Part shown: piece after piece, positions 18,419 through 27,633 of the stretch
How the letters are laid out: each line of letters starts with the position of its first letter
How positions within the stretch are numbered: the stretch's first letter is position 1
Assembly: GCA_964538855.1 (NCBI GenBank)
Contig: CAZIEY010000001.1
Span: 82,811-146,810, forward strand
DNA from: an uncultured Candidatus Saccharibacteria bacterium
GTDB taxonomy: Bacteria; Patescibacteriota; Minisyncoccia; Phycocordibacterales; JAACPR01
Length of the DNA stretch: 64,000 bases
Reading direction: 5' to 3'
The notes under the pieces: model-generated
Databases searched by the model: none
What the model saw: the letters and a program-made list of their open reading frames with translations, nothing else
Told to the model about the DNA's origin: nothing
Program-made: the position numbers and the translations under genes

Positions 18419-18919
18419 TTATCTCATAGATAATTTGTGTTGCAAATGATTTAAATACTCTATTAAACCACCGGCTTCGAATTTCAAAAGTTTTGCGCAT
18501 TTGTGCACGTTGGGACTCAAGACACACCCTAACTTATGACCATGTCGCAAAAAGCGCACTGTCGAATAGAAATCTCCATCACTAGTCACCACAATCGCTT
18601 TATCGTAATTACGTAATCTAGACATAATGTATACAATCATATCTCCGTCACAATTTCCTTTTATATTTCTATGTATATCAATCACGACGGGTTTGAAAAC
18701 AAGAATATAGCCACATCGCCGTAACAAATTATAAAACTCTGTATTCGTTTCAATAAAACCAATAAAGACAAATACTTTATCGATTTTGTACTTATCCTTG
18801 AGATAAACAAAGAACTTTTTCCAGTCTAATTTCCAACCCATAGCGACAATCCCCATCGTCAAATTCTGCGCGTCTATAAAAGCAAAATTGCGTCGCTGAT
18901 TTTTCATCATGCCACGCAT
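18419..18919 (-). CDS. NYN-domain (LabA-like) predicted RNA nuclease
   Basis: NYN hallmarks: FIDAQNL (first Asp), NIKGNCDGDM, VVTSDGDF. Confidence 0.7.
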   Translation of the reverse strand: MRGMMKNQRRNFAFIDAQNLTMGIVAMGWKLDWKKFFVYLKDKYKIDKVFVFIGFIETNTEFYNLLRRCGYILVFKPVVIDIHRNIKGNCDGDMIVYIMSRLRNYDKAIVVTSDGDFYSTVRFLRHGHKLGCVLSPNVHKCAKLLKFEAGGLIEYLNHLQHKLSMR

Positions 18920-18966
18920 TATACTCAGCAGGTCTAAAATAATTATAAAGAAAGTCTAAAGTTTTT

Positions 18967-20031
18967 TTATTTCTTCCCCATCATTTCCACGACAGCCATC
19001 TCGATCGGCAAGTACGGCAAATATGATCGTCCGATTTCGTTCATGGCGTCAATGAGACGTGACAATTTCGCAGAGTCCACCGCCGCCGCGTTTTTCCCGA
19101 GCAATTCGGCGAGCCATTTCGCATCATCTTCGGACACAGAATTTTCATACAAATTTTTCTTGCCGGGCGCAACGCGCATGAGCAAAAGGCAGCGGAATTT
19201 TTCGAGTAACAATTTCATGAAAACTTTGGCGTCGAGGTTCGCATCATTCGCGGTTTGAATCGCAGAAAGTCCACGCGAAACATCGCCATCAACAATCGCT
19301 TCCACACATTCGTTAATGAGTGCATTTTTAGGAGCGCCAGTCACACGTTCGACTTCGGCAAGCGTGATTTTTGCATCGCCAGAAATCCGGGACAATTTCT
19401 GTAAAATCGTATGTGTATCGCGGAACGATCCATCACCAAGCACCGCCACAAGTTCAATCGCCGCAGGTTCCAAATCATACCCCTCTTTTTTCGCAGTCGT
19501 CGCAATCATCTTCTTCAAGATCTCGCGATTCGGCGTCTTGAAATTGTATTGCTCGCAACGAGAAATGACAGTCTCGGGAATTTTGTGAGGCTCGGTGGTC
19601 GCCAAAATGAACACGACATAGTGTGGCGGCTCCTCGAGCGTTTTCAAAAGCGCGTTAAATGCCGACTTCGACAGCATGTGCACTTCATCCAAAATGTAGA
19701 CTTTGTATTTCGAATCAAACGGCAAAAGATTTACTGACTCGTTAAGTTCGCGAATGTTCTCAACACTTGTGTTTGAAGCGGCGTCAATTTCAAAAATATC
19801 ACGAGGTGTGGTGCCAATTTCCCGCGCAAAAATTCTCGCGATCGAAGTCTTGCCAGTCCCGCGTGAACCTGTAAATAAATACGCATGCGCAATGTTCCCA
19901 TTTTTCACCGAGTCAGACAAAACGCTCGTGATGTGTTCTTGGCCCAACACCTGCGCAAAAGTCTGCGGGCGATATTTTGTGTACAGCGCAACGTTGTGCT
20001 CACCCCCTTTGGTTTCTGCGGATTTTTTCAT
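18967..20031 (-). CDS. dnaX: DNA polymerase III subunit gamma/tau, short form
   Basis: YRPQTFAQVLGQEHI…LFTGSRGTGKTS Walker A, clamp-loader AAA+ motifs; 354 aa (no tau C-terminal extension). Confidence 0.9.
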   Translation of the reverse strand: MKKSAETKGGEHNVALYTKYRPQTFAQVLGQEHITSVLSDSVKNGNIAHAYLFTGSRGTGKTSIARIFAREIGTTPRDIFEIDAASNTSVENIRELNESVNLLPFDSKYKVYILDEVHMLSKSAFNALLKTLEEPPHYVVFILATTEPHKIPETVISRCEQYNFKTPNREILKKMIATTAKKEGYDLEPAAIELVAVLGDGSFRDTHTILQKLSRISGDAKITLAEVERVTGAPKNALINECVEAIVDGDVSRGLSAIQTANDANLDAKVFMKLLLEKFRCLLLMRVAPGKKNLYENSVSEDDAKWLAELLGKNAAAVDSAKLSRLIDAMNEIGRSYLPYLPIEMAVVEMMGKK

Positions 20032-20344
20032 AGGGATATTATATCAGGTGCGGGTGTGGAGTTGAAGGAGATAAACTCAATACTACTATAAAATAATAGC
20101 CCCGCGCTTGACCTACCTAGTGTGGTGGCGCGCGGGGCTCGTCTCTTGAACAAGTGAAGAATAATTGTGCTACTTGCCATCTGGTGAATTTTGGCTGAGG
20201 CCGTGGCCAAAGGCCTTGATCACGAGAATTAGGCTTTCACTCGCTCAGAGGAACTTGAATGTATACTTTCGTCCTACACACAATTCTACACCCACCATCC
20301 GACGAGTCAACTACTTACGCACAGTGAAAATGAATATGTAAATA

Positions 20345-20395
20345 AAAAACGCAGGACGTCGAGGGAAAACCTCTTATTCCTGCGAAAAGCTGCAC
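20345..20395 (-). terminator. intrinsic terminator on minus strand inside dnaX upstream intergenic region
   Basis: CGCAGGA…TCCTGCG 7-bp stem with inner GAGG/CCTC, followed by TTTTTTATT on the minus strand. Confidence 0.5.
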
Positions 20396-20607
20396 TGGGC
20401 ATTTAATCAACCTAACCACCCATGACGTGTCCGGGTCACAGACATAAGCTGATCATTTGCCCATCTGCATGCGTGCAACAGCATGCCCTCCCAAAAAGAT
20501 TGGGATACTTATACCGCGACATAGTAGCAGTCTTTTCCGAACTCAATCCACCTGAGTTGAGGTGTTTGGCTCCCTGCTAACACATCGCGATCTTACATAA
20601 TCTTACA
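20396..20607 (-). ncRNA. candidate structured ncRNA (unidentified) between dus and dnaX
   Basis: ~210 nt non-coding, GC-richer than surrounding spacers, bounded 3' by the minus-strand terminator; occupies the slot where ffs (SRP RNA) precedes dnaX in many bacteria, but no SRP domain-IV motif could be confirmed by eye. Confidence 0.25.
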
Positions 20608-21651
20608 TCATTTTAATTTATTTGTCAAATACCCCTCCACCACCGCCTCTACTTCAGCCGGCGTATTGCATTCCATCAGTTTCAATTTCAAATCGTGGGC
20701 GCCAGGCAAACAGCTGGTGTATGACTTGTAATGTTTTTTCATAAGTGCGAAATTTTTGTGAGGCAACAGCTCAGCGAACAATTTTGTGTGCTCGACTAAA
20801 ACGTTCAAACGCTCCTCAACACTAGGAACCCGCCCACTGAAAAACCACGGGTTACCAAAAATTCCGCGACCAACCATGACACCATCGCATTTTGTTTGTT
20901 CAGTCAGCGCGCGTGCCTTTTCCAGACTATCAACATCACCATTTCCAAAAATGAGTGTACGTTCATCCGCCGGCACATCCGCCTGAACCGCGTCGCGAAT
21001 TTCAACAGCGCGTTTCACCCGTTCCCATCGAGCTGGAACTTTTGACATTTCTTTTCGAGTGCGTGCGTGAATCGTCACCACCGCCGGACGTTCGGCCAGC
21101 AAAATCGGCAACCACTCTTCTAGCTGGTCTTTGTTATATCCGAGGCGAGTTTTCACCGAAACCGGCATATTCGGCGCACCACGTTTCACCGCGCGAATAA
21201 TCGCCACCGCGCTTTCTGGATTTTTAATCATCGCAGAACCACATCCCTGTTTTTCGATGCTTTTATCAGGGCAACCCATATTCAAATCGATGCCGTCGAA
21301 TCCAAGTTCCGCGCACAACGCCGCCGCCTTTTCCATATTTTCAACACGCGATCCAAACAACTGCGCTACAATCGGACGCTCGATTTCGGCGTATTTCAAA
21401 TCGGCTCGCAATTTGTCTTGGCTCGTAATACCTTGTTCATTCGGATTATCATTCGGCGCTTTGACCAAGCCGTCAGCTGACACGAATTCCGTCCACATTA
21501 CGTCTGGCTTGCCGTATTTTGCGATGACACGTCGAAAAGAAACGTCAGTAACGTCCGCCATTGGAGCGAGCACCATAATCGGTTCGCTGCCCTTTTCTGC
21601 TTTTATTTTGTGCCAGAAATTGTTCATGCGTGTGTTTTGAGGTCCGCCCAT
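20608..21651 (-). CDS. dus: tRNA-dihydrouridine synthase
   Basis: LAPMADVTD…, DLNMGCP FMN/active-site region; Dus family. Confidence 0.85.
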   Translation of the reverse strand: MGGPQNTRMNNFWHKIKAEKGSEPIMVLAPMADVTDVSFRRVIAKYGKPDVMWTEFVSADGLVKAPNDNPNEQGITSQDKLRADLKYAEIERPIVAQLFGSRVENMEKAAALCAELGFDGIDLNMGCPDKSIEKQGCGSAMIKNPESAVAIIRAVKRGAPNMPVSVKTRLGYNKDQLEEWLPILLAERPAVVTIHARTRKEMSKVPARWERVKRAVEIRDAVQADVPADERTLIFGNGDVDSLEKARALTEQTKCDGVMVGRGIFGNPWFFSGRVPSVEERLNVLVEHTKLFAELLPHKNFALMKKHYKSYTSCLPGAHDLKLKLMECNTPAEVEAVVEGYLTNKLK

Positions 21652-21663
21652 ACTACCTCATTT

Positions 21664-22659
21664 TTAATAAAACTCAATGTTACGCAAGAGATACAAAATA
21701 ATTGCTCGCACATCCTTTTCGTTCCGTTCACCATCAAGCAAAATAATTGCGATAGTGCGCGACTCGGAATCCGAACCCAAGGGTAATTTGAAAAGCGCCA
21801 CGAGAGTGTGATTCGCTTCTTCTGTATAACCATTCTTCCCACCCACATATTTCGAGTCATTCACAAACACATTATTGTTATACCAAAGGTGCGATCCAAC
21901 GCGGTACATTCTCTCGTGCGTCATATCAATAATTTCCGGATAGCTACGATACACATACTGTGCGAGGCGCAACAAATCATCCGCGCTCGAGACATTTTTT
22001 TCTGACAAACCGCTCGGGTCGGAAAAACGCGTATTGCGCATTCCCAAATATTCTGCCTCCGAATTCATTTTGGAGATAAAATCATCTCGCCCTGCAACTT
22101 CAGCCAAAACTTCTGCGGCGTCATTAGACGATTGCAACAAAAGTGCACGCATCAATGCACTCACCGTGAGATTTTCTCCGGCACGCAAACCACCTTGTGT
22201 GCCATACGTCGAAACCGCTGAATACGAAACGCGCGTAGTCGCACCCTGATCAATATTTTTCAAAGCAACGAGCGCAGTCATCAATTTAGAAACTGAAGCG
22301 ATTGGGTGTTCAACAAATGAATCATAACTTTTAATTATTTCCCCAGTATCGAGATCTGCAATCAAATACGATCCGGCAGTTAATTTTGGGAAAGCCATGT
22401 CGGCATGTATCACGTGATATCCTCCATTTTTAGTTACATAGCTAATCGCACGACGAATAAAATTTGATTCGGTATTTGGTAGAGCAGCATCTTGGTCCTG
22501 TGTACCATTCTCGTATTGCTCAACAACCTCGGAATTACGATCTTCAAACAAGGATGAAACAAAATACATAGTAAGCCTCGCGAGACTTACTACACCATAC
22601 CCCGCAACTATCCCCACAATCATCGTTGTAAAAAATGTAGTGTATAATTTTGCCCTCAT
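21664..22659 (-). CDS. D-alanyl-D-alanine carboxypeptidase (peptidase S11, PBP5-like)
   Basis: SxxK (ASVSK), SxN (QSSND) and KTG-like motifs; N-terminal TM anchor. Confidence 0.8.
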   Translation of the reverse strand: MRAKLYTTFFTTMIVGIVAGYGVVSLARLTMYFVSSLFEDRNSEVVEQYENGTQDQDAALPNTESNFIRRAISYVTKNGGYHVIHADMAFPKLTAGSYLIADLDTGEIIKSYDSFVEHPIASVSKLMTALVALKNIDQGATTRVSYSAVSTYGTQGGLRAGENLTVSALMRALLLQSSNDAAEVLAEVAGRDDFISKMNSEAEYLGMRNTRFSDPSGLSEKNVSSADDLLRLAQYVYRSYPEIIDMTHERMYRVGSHLWYNNNVFVNDSKYVGGKNGYTEEANHTLVALFKLPLGSDSESRTIAIILLDGERNEKDVRAIILYLLRNIEFY

Positions 22660-24137
22660 GAAAGTTCCTCGACGTACTGCGAAGTTACCACCCGTTCATT
22701 ATCGCGACGCACATTGTCGGCTAGCTTTTTCAAAAACTTTACAATAGAGATAAGATACGTTCCATCAATACTTGGACCTGAAAATTTCGCGGCGACGTCC
22801 CGAATAACTTGGTATGTAAAAAATACATTTTTCTCAGATTCAATCATTTTAACTTGATCCTTCAGAATGCGATGCAGGGTTTGATTATCAATTTTAGAAA
22901 ATTGAATCTTTTCGAAATGTCGAACAAATTTTGTATGCGGTGCAATTGTTGCATGATATTCATCTGTATCGACTACTGCGATAATATTCAAATCGGTCGA
23001 CTTCAAGAAACTATCCATCAATTCCGAAGCATCGAGCCCTAATGCATGAGCCTGCTCTATAAAGACTGAAGTTTGGGGCAACACCAAAATTACTTTTCCA
23101 TCTCTATGCGCTTCTTCAAGAACGCCGCGGATAATACGCTCGAACTCGTCTTTGGTTTTCACTGCATCCAAAAATTTTTCGGAACTCAAAAAATAAATTT
23201 CCTTACCCTCAATCGCATACAACGCGTTACCTCGTAAAATAATTTGTCCGAGTGCCGACACAATTTCCATCCCCGCCTCGATGGTCGGAGCAACCAACAA
23301 AACATTACGGCCACGTTTATGAGCCAGAACGTTCTCCACTTCCTGCGCCTCCTTTTTATAAATACGCCACTCTTCTCCGAGACTTGTGTACAGACGACTT
23401 TTGTAAATTGGCAGACAATATGTATCAAGAATGGAAAATTGAGTATACGTCCACGTCTTGCCGATACTCGGGATCCGTTCCAATCGATCACGTGATAAAA
23501 AGAGTGCCCGCTTTCTCTGTTCATACAAAATTTCATTTGCCCATTGTAATGCACCCAAAAAGGTCTTTTCATCGACAAAATTAATGTCTAAAAAATATCG
23601 CAATTCAGAGTCACGTGTATACAACGCGGAACCATACAGCACAGGTGTGGTCTCGCCTCGCTCTGTTTCAATAAACTCGACACTTACTTCACGAAGTTTT
23701 TTTCGATCCTTGTTTTTAATAAAATACGTAACAGATGCGTCTGGAATATTTAACCGATCCAATGTAGTACTACCAATTTCCGACTCGAAGAAACTTTTGA
23801 CCACGTCATTTTCATCTGACCAAAAAACAAGCTGAGCGACCTCAAAATCGACGAGCGTTTTTCTGAAATAGTATGACAGATAAAACCATTCGGTAAGATA
23901 TGCAAATAATGTTGCAAGAAAAATGAGGAAAAATCCACCGCGAATGCGATACATATCCGTGGTCACATTATCACCCATGACAATATGCGTAAAAAGCATC
24001 GCTATCAGCGCAGTAATTGTTGAAACCAATAAAATGGTTCGAAAAATCTTTCTGCTCCTGTATGGAAAATGTCGTTCCATAAGCAAAGCCGGATATAAAT
24101 CTTCACTATGTTTTCTGAGTTGGGCAAACGTTATCAT
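22656..24137 (-). CDS. membrane-anchored protein with degenerate (catalytically dead) ClpA/ClpB-type AAA+ D1-like domain
   Basis: Two N-terminal TM helices; C-terminal half aligns block-by-block to ClpB NBD1: LGEEWRIY…VLAHKRGRNVLLVAPTIEAGMEIVSALGQII vs GRDEEIRR…[24 protein letters not shown] (Walker A GxxGxGKT lost), VILVLPQTSV vs VILFIDELHT (Walker B DE lost), TDEYHATIAPHTKFVRHFEKI vs [22 protein letters not shown]. Stop overlaps the PBP5 start (ATGA). Confidence 0.5.
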   Translation of the reverse strand: MITFAQLRKHSEDLYPALLMERHFPYRSRKIFRTILLVSTITALIAMLFTHIVMGDNVTTDMYRIRGGFFLIFLATLFAYLTEWFYLSYYFRKTLVDFEVAQLVFWSDENDVVKSFFESEIGSTTLDRLNIPDASVTYFIKNKDRKKLREVSVEFIETERGETTPVLYGSALYTRDSELRYFLDINFVDEKTFLGALQWANEILYEQRKRALFLSRDRLERIPSIGKTWTYTQFSILDTYCLPIYKSRLYTSLGEEWRIYKKEAQEVENVLAHKRGRNVLLVAPTIEAGMEIVSALGQIILRGNALYAIEGKEIYFLSSEKFLDAVKTKDEFERIIRGVLEEAHRDGKVILVLPQTSVFIEQAHALGLDASELMDSFLKSTDLNIIAVVDTDEYHATIAPHTKFVRHFEKIQFSKIDNQTLHRILKDQVKMIESEKNVFFTYQVIRDVAAKFSGPSIDGTYLISIVKFLKKLADNVRRDNERVVTSQYVEELS

Positions 24138-24138
24138 A

Positions 24139-24516
24139 TTATTGGAAGAAACTTATTAAACCGGCTCCGAAAAGACCTAGAGACAAAAATGGAAGAGCGA
24201 TCCAAAAAATAAAAACTGCAGTCCAAAATACGAATGTCAAAATGAATGAAAGAAGCCCACATAAAATAGTTGCGATTCTGACTAGAAATCCGACGAGTCC
24301 CACGACAATAGTGACGAGCACCATTTCCCGATCCTTCTCATCAGACCCTGCCTCTGGTCGAGAACGAAATGGTTGAAAAATAGTCTTGAATAAGAGTTTG
24401 ATAGAAAAGAAGTTATACGAAAAGAACACAATATTTCTATACACGGCCAAAATATGAGCAAAGGCAGTGGTGTAATGCCACGAGAGATAATATGCAGGAA
24501 TTAAAAAAGCTTTCAT
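24139..24516 (-). CDS. small integral membrane protein
   Basis: 125 aa, 3-4 TM helices; start abuts the downstream gene. Confidence 0.4.
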   Translation of the reverse strand: MKAFLIPAYYLSWHYTTAFAHILAVYRNIVFFSYNFFSIKLLFKTIFQPFRSRPEAGSDEKDREMVLVTIVVGLVGFLVRIATILCGLLSFILTFVFWTAVFIFWIALPFLSLGLFGAGLISFFQ

Positions 24517-24553
24517 TGCTCACTTATTATATCGCACTCCTTAAAAAGAAAAA

Positions 24554-25393
24554 CTAAGTTTTCGGATCAAGTGGCGTGGTGATTTTATAAAAAACCTTGT
24601 TACCGAATCGCAAATCAATATATTGTAAATTTTGAAATTGCGCCTTATTAATTTCCTCTTGCTCGATCACGATTTTCAGGTTTTCATAAATCTGGTCCGC
24701 CTCGTTATTTTTCTCTACGAGCAGATATGGCCCCTTTACGGTATGAATTGCAAACGTTTCAAAATCCTCGGTTTCAATCGTCTTGACGACAATGTGTAGT
24801 TGAGGAACTTTTTGTACGAAATTGATTAAATTATTAAAGTTTTCTATTGGCAAGTAATGAGTGCCGACGATAGTCGTTGTTGCGACATCACCAAATAATT
24901 TTGGAACCTCAAAAAAATGAGCGTCAGTCTCTGGTGCAAAAAATTGACCTTTCCTATTTACTACATAACAAGGCTTGGATTCGGTACGCGCGTCACGACC
25001 ACACCACTTTGCGACCACTTCGTGCTCTTTTACTACAATATTGAGGTGATGGAGAGATTCTCGGTTTACAAATACTTCAGAAATAGATGAATTATTCGCG
25101 AGCAAACGTGTGCGAATAGAAGTTGACGGGACGAAAAGGAAATTTCTTTTTGAAAAAAGACCAAAATATTTTTCATCGAGCACGCCATTAATTTCCTTCA
25201 GCAAATCTGAGGACGCTGCAAATGTAGCCTCGGAAACAGTAACTGATGAAATCGAAAAAGATGGATGATTAAACCAGAAGACAAATCCATAAAGACAAAT
25301 CAAAGTGCACACCACCCAAAAAAACATTTTGAGCATCAGGAGATTTTTTTTCTTTTTCTCGAGTTGCGGTGAACGGTATTGATTTTTAGACAT
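24554..25393 (-). CDS. FtsQ/DivIB-like cell division protein (TM + POTRA-like)
   Basis: Single TM then ISSVTVSEATFAASSDLLKEINGVLDEKYFGL… pattern as in the FtsQ POTRA region; tentative. Confidence 0.45.
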   Translation of the reverse strand: MSKNQYRSPQLEKKKKNLLMLKMFFWVVCTLICLYGFVFWFNHPSFSISSVTVSEATFAASSDLLKEINGVLDEKYFGLFSKRNFLFVPSTSIRTRLLANNSSISEVFVNRESLHHLNIVVKEHEVVAKWCGRDARTESKPCYVVNRKGQFFAPETDAHFFEVPKLFGDVATTTIVGTHYLPIENFNNLINFVQKVPQLHIVVKTIETEDFETFAIHTVKGPYLLVEKNNEADQIYENLKIVIEQEEINKAQFQNLQYIDLRFGNKVFYKITTPLDPKT

Positions 25394-25398
25394 AGGTC

Positions 25399-26664
25399 TT
25401 AATCTTTTTTAATAAACTCCTTGCCCATGTATGGGACAAGCACCTCTGGTACCTTAATACTACCATCTGCCTGCTGGAAATTTTCCACAAGTGAGACCAA
25501 GATGCGTGGTGTTGGAATTGCAGTGCAGTTTAGTGAGTGCGCGAATCGCAGTTTTTCATCGGTGTCGCGATAACGAATATTGAGGCGGCGAGTTTGAAAA
25601 TCATGGAAATATGAAGCTGAGGAAATTTCGCGATATGTTTTTTCTCCTGGCACCCACAATTCGATATCAAATTTTTTGACTTGACCAAGCCCAAGGTCAC
25701 CTCCGCAATTCACCACAGTGTGATATGGAATGCCGAGCGATTCAATAAATTCTTCGGTGTTGCGATTAATTTCTTCGTGAAGTGCGGCTGATGTTTCGTG
25801 ATTTGCTTCGCATAACACAACTTGTTCCATTTTGAAAAATTCATGCACACGAATGAGACCTTTTGTATCCTTGCTGTGTGCACCTGCCTCACGTCGGAAA
25901 CACGGTGAAAATGCAAGTACCTTGACTGGAAACTTTTTCGCGTCGATGACGGTGTCAGTGAAATAACTCATTGCAGAGACTTCGCCTGTTCCTGCTAAAT
26001 AATCGTCGTCTTGCGTTCTGTAGAGGTCTTCTTCACCTTGTGGTAGATATCCAGTACCATACATAGTCTGCTTTCGAACAAGTGAAGGGACGATCATAAA
26101 TTGAAATCCTTTTTTCATCCAGAAATCACGTGCATAATTCCAAATTGCAAACGTAAGTACCGCACCAGCATTTTTCAAAAAATAACCACGGAAACCGGCA
26201 ACCTCGGCGCCTTTTTCAAAATCAGCCATGTCCAAGTCCTTCATCAAATCAATGTGATTTTTCGCAGCGAACGTAAAAGTGTTTTGTTCTCCCCACTTTT
26301 TGACTTCTTGATTGTCTGCATCGTCGTCACCATCTGGCACTGTCATGTCTGGCACATTAGGCACTTGCACCATTAACAATTGCCACTTTTTCATAATTTC
26401 ACGTAACGTTTCATCGTCTTTTTGAAGATCCTCTTTCAAGACTTTCATTTCGGCGAGCAATGCTGCTTTTTCTTCTGGAGTCGCCTTTGGAATTTTTTCA
26501 CTGACGGCGTTTTGCTTTGCGCGCTTTTCCTCGACTCGCAAAAGAGTCGCTCGACGTTCATCATCCACCGAGATCAATTCGTCTACGTTAAAATTGATGT
26601 GCTTTTTCTTTGCACCTGCTGCGACGACGTCTTTATTTTCTCGTATGAATTTAATATCAAGCAT
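25399..26664 (-). CDS. serS: seryl-tRNA synthetase
   Basis: N-terminal coiled-coil arm, class II motifs (FRREAGAHSKDTKGLIRVHEF…), 421 aa. Confidence 0.9.
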   Translation of the reverse strand: MLDIKFIRENKDVVAAGAKKKHINFNVDELISVDDERRATLLRVEEKRAKQNAVSEKIPKATPEEKAALLAEMKVLKEDLQKDDETLREIMKKWQLLMVQVPNVPDMTVPDGDDDADNQEVKKWGEQNTFTFAAKNHIDLMKDLDMADFEKGAEVAGFRGYFLKNAGAVLTFAIWNYARDFWMKKGFQFMIVPSLVRKQTMYGTGYLPQGEEDLYRTQDDDYLAGTGEVSAMSYFTDTVIDAKKFPVKVLAFSPCFRREAGAHSKDTKGLIRVHEFFKMEQVVLCEANHETSAALHEEINRNTEEFIESLGIPYHTVVNCGGDLGLGQVKKFDIELWVPGEKTYREISSASYFHDFQTRRLNIRYRDTDEKLRFAHSLNCTAIPTPRILVSLVENFQQADGSIKVPEVLVPYMGKEFIKKD

Positions 26665-26752
26665 TTTCTTTATTTTTTCTCTATTATTTCTTTATTACAA
26701 CATCATACCAGATTTGTCATACTTTGAGAACCTGCGTAACCAGCAGGACAAC

Positions 26753-27619
26753 ATGCTACATATATTAGACGATTATCCGATCAGGGTCTTTCCCAAATCG
26801 GAGTGGCCTTTGGGATTATTAGAAATTCCCACACCGCCCGCACAATTACATATTCGGGGCACCATTCCGACCGAGGTGAAGTTTCTATGTGTCGTCGGTC
26901 CACGCAAATACACGGAATACGGTAAAATGGCGTGTCAGAAATTAATTTCCGGTCTCGCAGGATTTCCTGTTTGTATTGTTTCAGGGCTCGCATATGGTAT
27001 GGATTCAATTGCACACAAAGCAGCAATGGAAAGTGGGCTTGTTACAATTGCCTTCCCGGGATCAGGACTCGGTGAAGATGTCATCTATCCATCAGCGCAC
27101 ATTCACCTCGCTAAAGAGATTTTAGAACGAGGTGGATGTCTCATATCGGAATTCGACAATACTTTTGGTATTCAAAATTGGATGTTTCCACAGCGCAATC
27201 GCCTACTCGCGGGAATTGCCGACGCAGTCCTTATTATAGAGGCTCACGAAAAATCTGGAACCTCGATCACAGCGCGCCTTGCTACTGACTATAATAGAGA
27301 GCTATGTGTTGTGCCTGGTTCAATTTTCAATGACAGTTCGATTGGGTCAAATCGAATGATTCGTGCTGGTGCGACCGTAGTTACATCTTCGAAAGATATT
27401 TTAGAAGCACTTCGCTTTGAGCCACAACAAACCGAACTCGTTTTTAACAATGTAAACGAGGAAGAAAAAATGCTGCTTAAAAACATCCTCGAACCAACAA
27501 GTGTCGAGGAATTACTACGCCGAACTGGAATGCAGATCAACGAAATAAACGTGCTTATCACTGGGCTTGAAATAAAAAATATTGTACAAGTTATAAACGG
27601 AAAAATTTGCAAAAAATAG
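26753..27619 (+). CDS. dprA: DNA processing protein DprA (Smf)
   Basis: Rossmann-like DprA core (CIVSGLAYGMDSIAHKAAMESG…); start moved to ATG 26753 to avoid overlap with serS; dprA-topA synteny. Confidence 0.85.
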   Translation: MLHILDDYPIRVFPKSEWPLGLLEIPTPPAQLHIRGTIPTEVKFLCVVGPRKYTEYGKMACQKLISGLAGFPVCIVSGLAYGMDSIAHKAAMESGLVTIAFPGSGLGEDVIYPSAHIHLAKEILERGGCLISEFDNTFGIQNWMFPQRNRLLAGIADAVLIIEAHEKSGTSITARLATDYNRELCVVPGSIFNDSSIGSNRMIRAGATVVTSSKDILEALRFEPQQTELVFNNVNEEEKMLLKNILEPTSVEELLRRTGMQINEINVLITGLEIKNIVQVINGKICKK

Positions 27620-27633
27620 TCAGATGAGTTATT

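Noticed and set aside
20100-20160. SRP RNA (ffs) helix-8 motif in the hairpin near dnaX
   Set aside because: The position fits ffs, but I could not match the conserved GGAA tetraloop and AGCAGC motif with confidence. It is left as an unassigned candidate ncRNA.
26594-26752. dprA starting at 26594 and overlapping serS by 71 nt on the opposite strand
   Set aside because: The N-terminal 53 residues are a low-complexity hydrophobic translation of serS antisense. The conserved DprA domain begins after the ATG at 26753.
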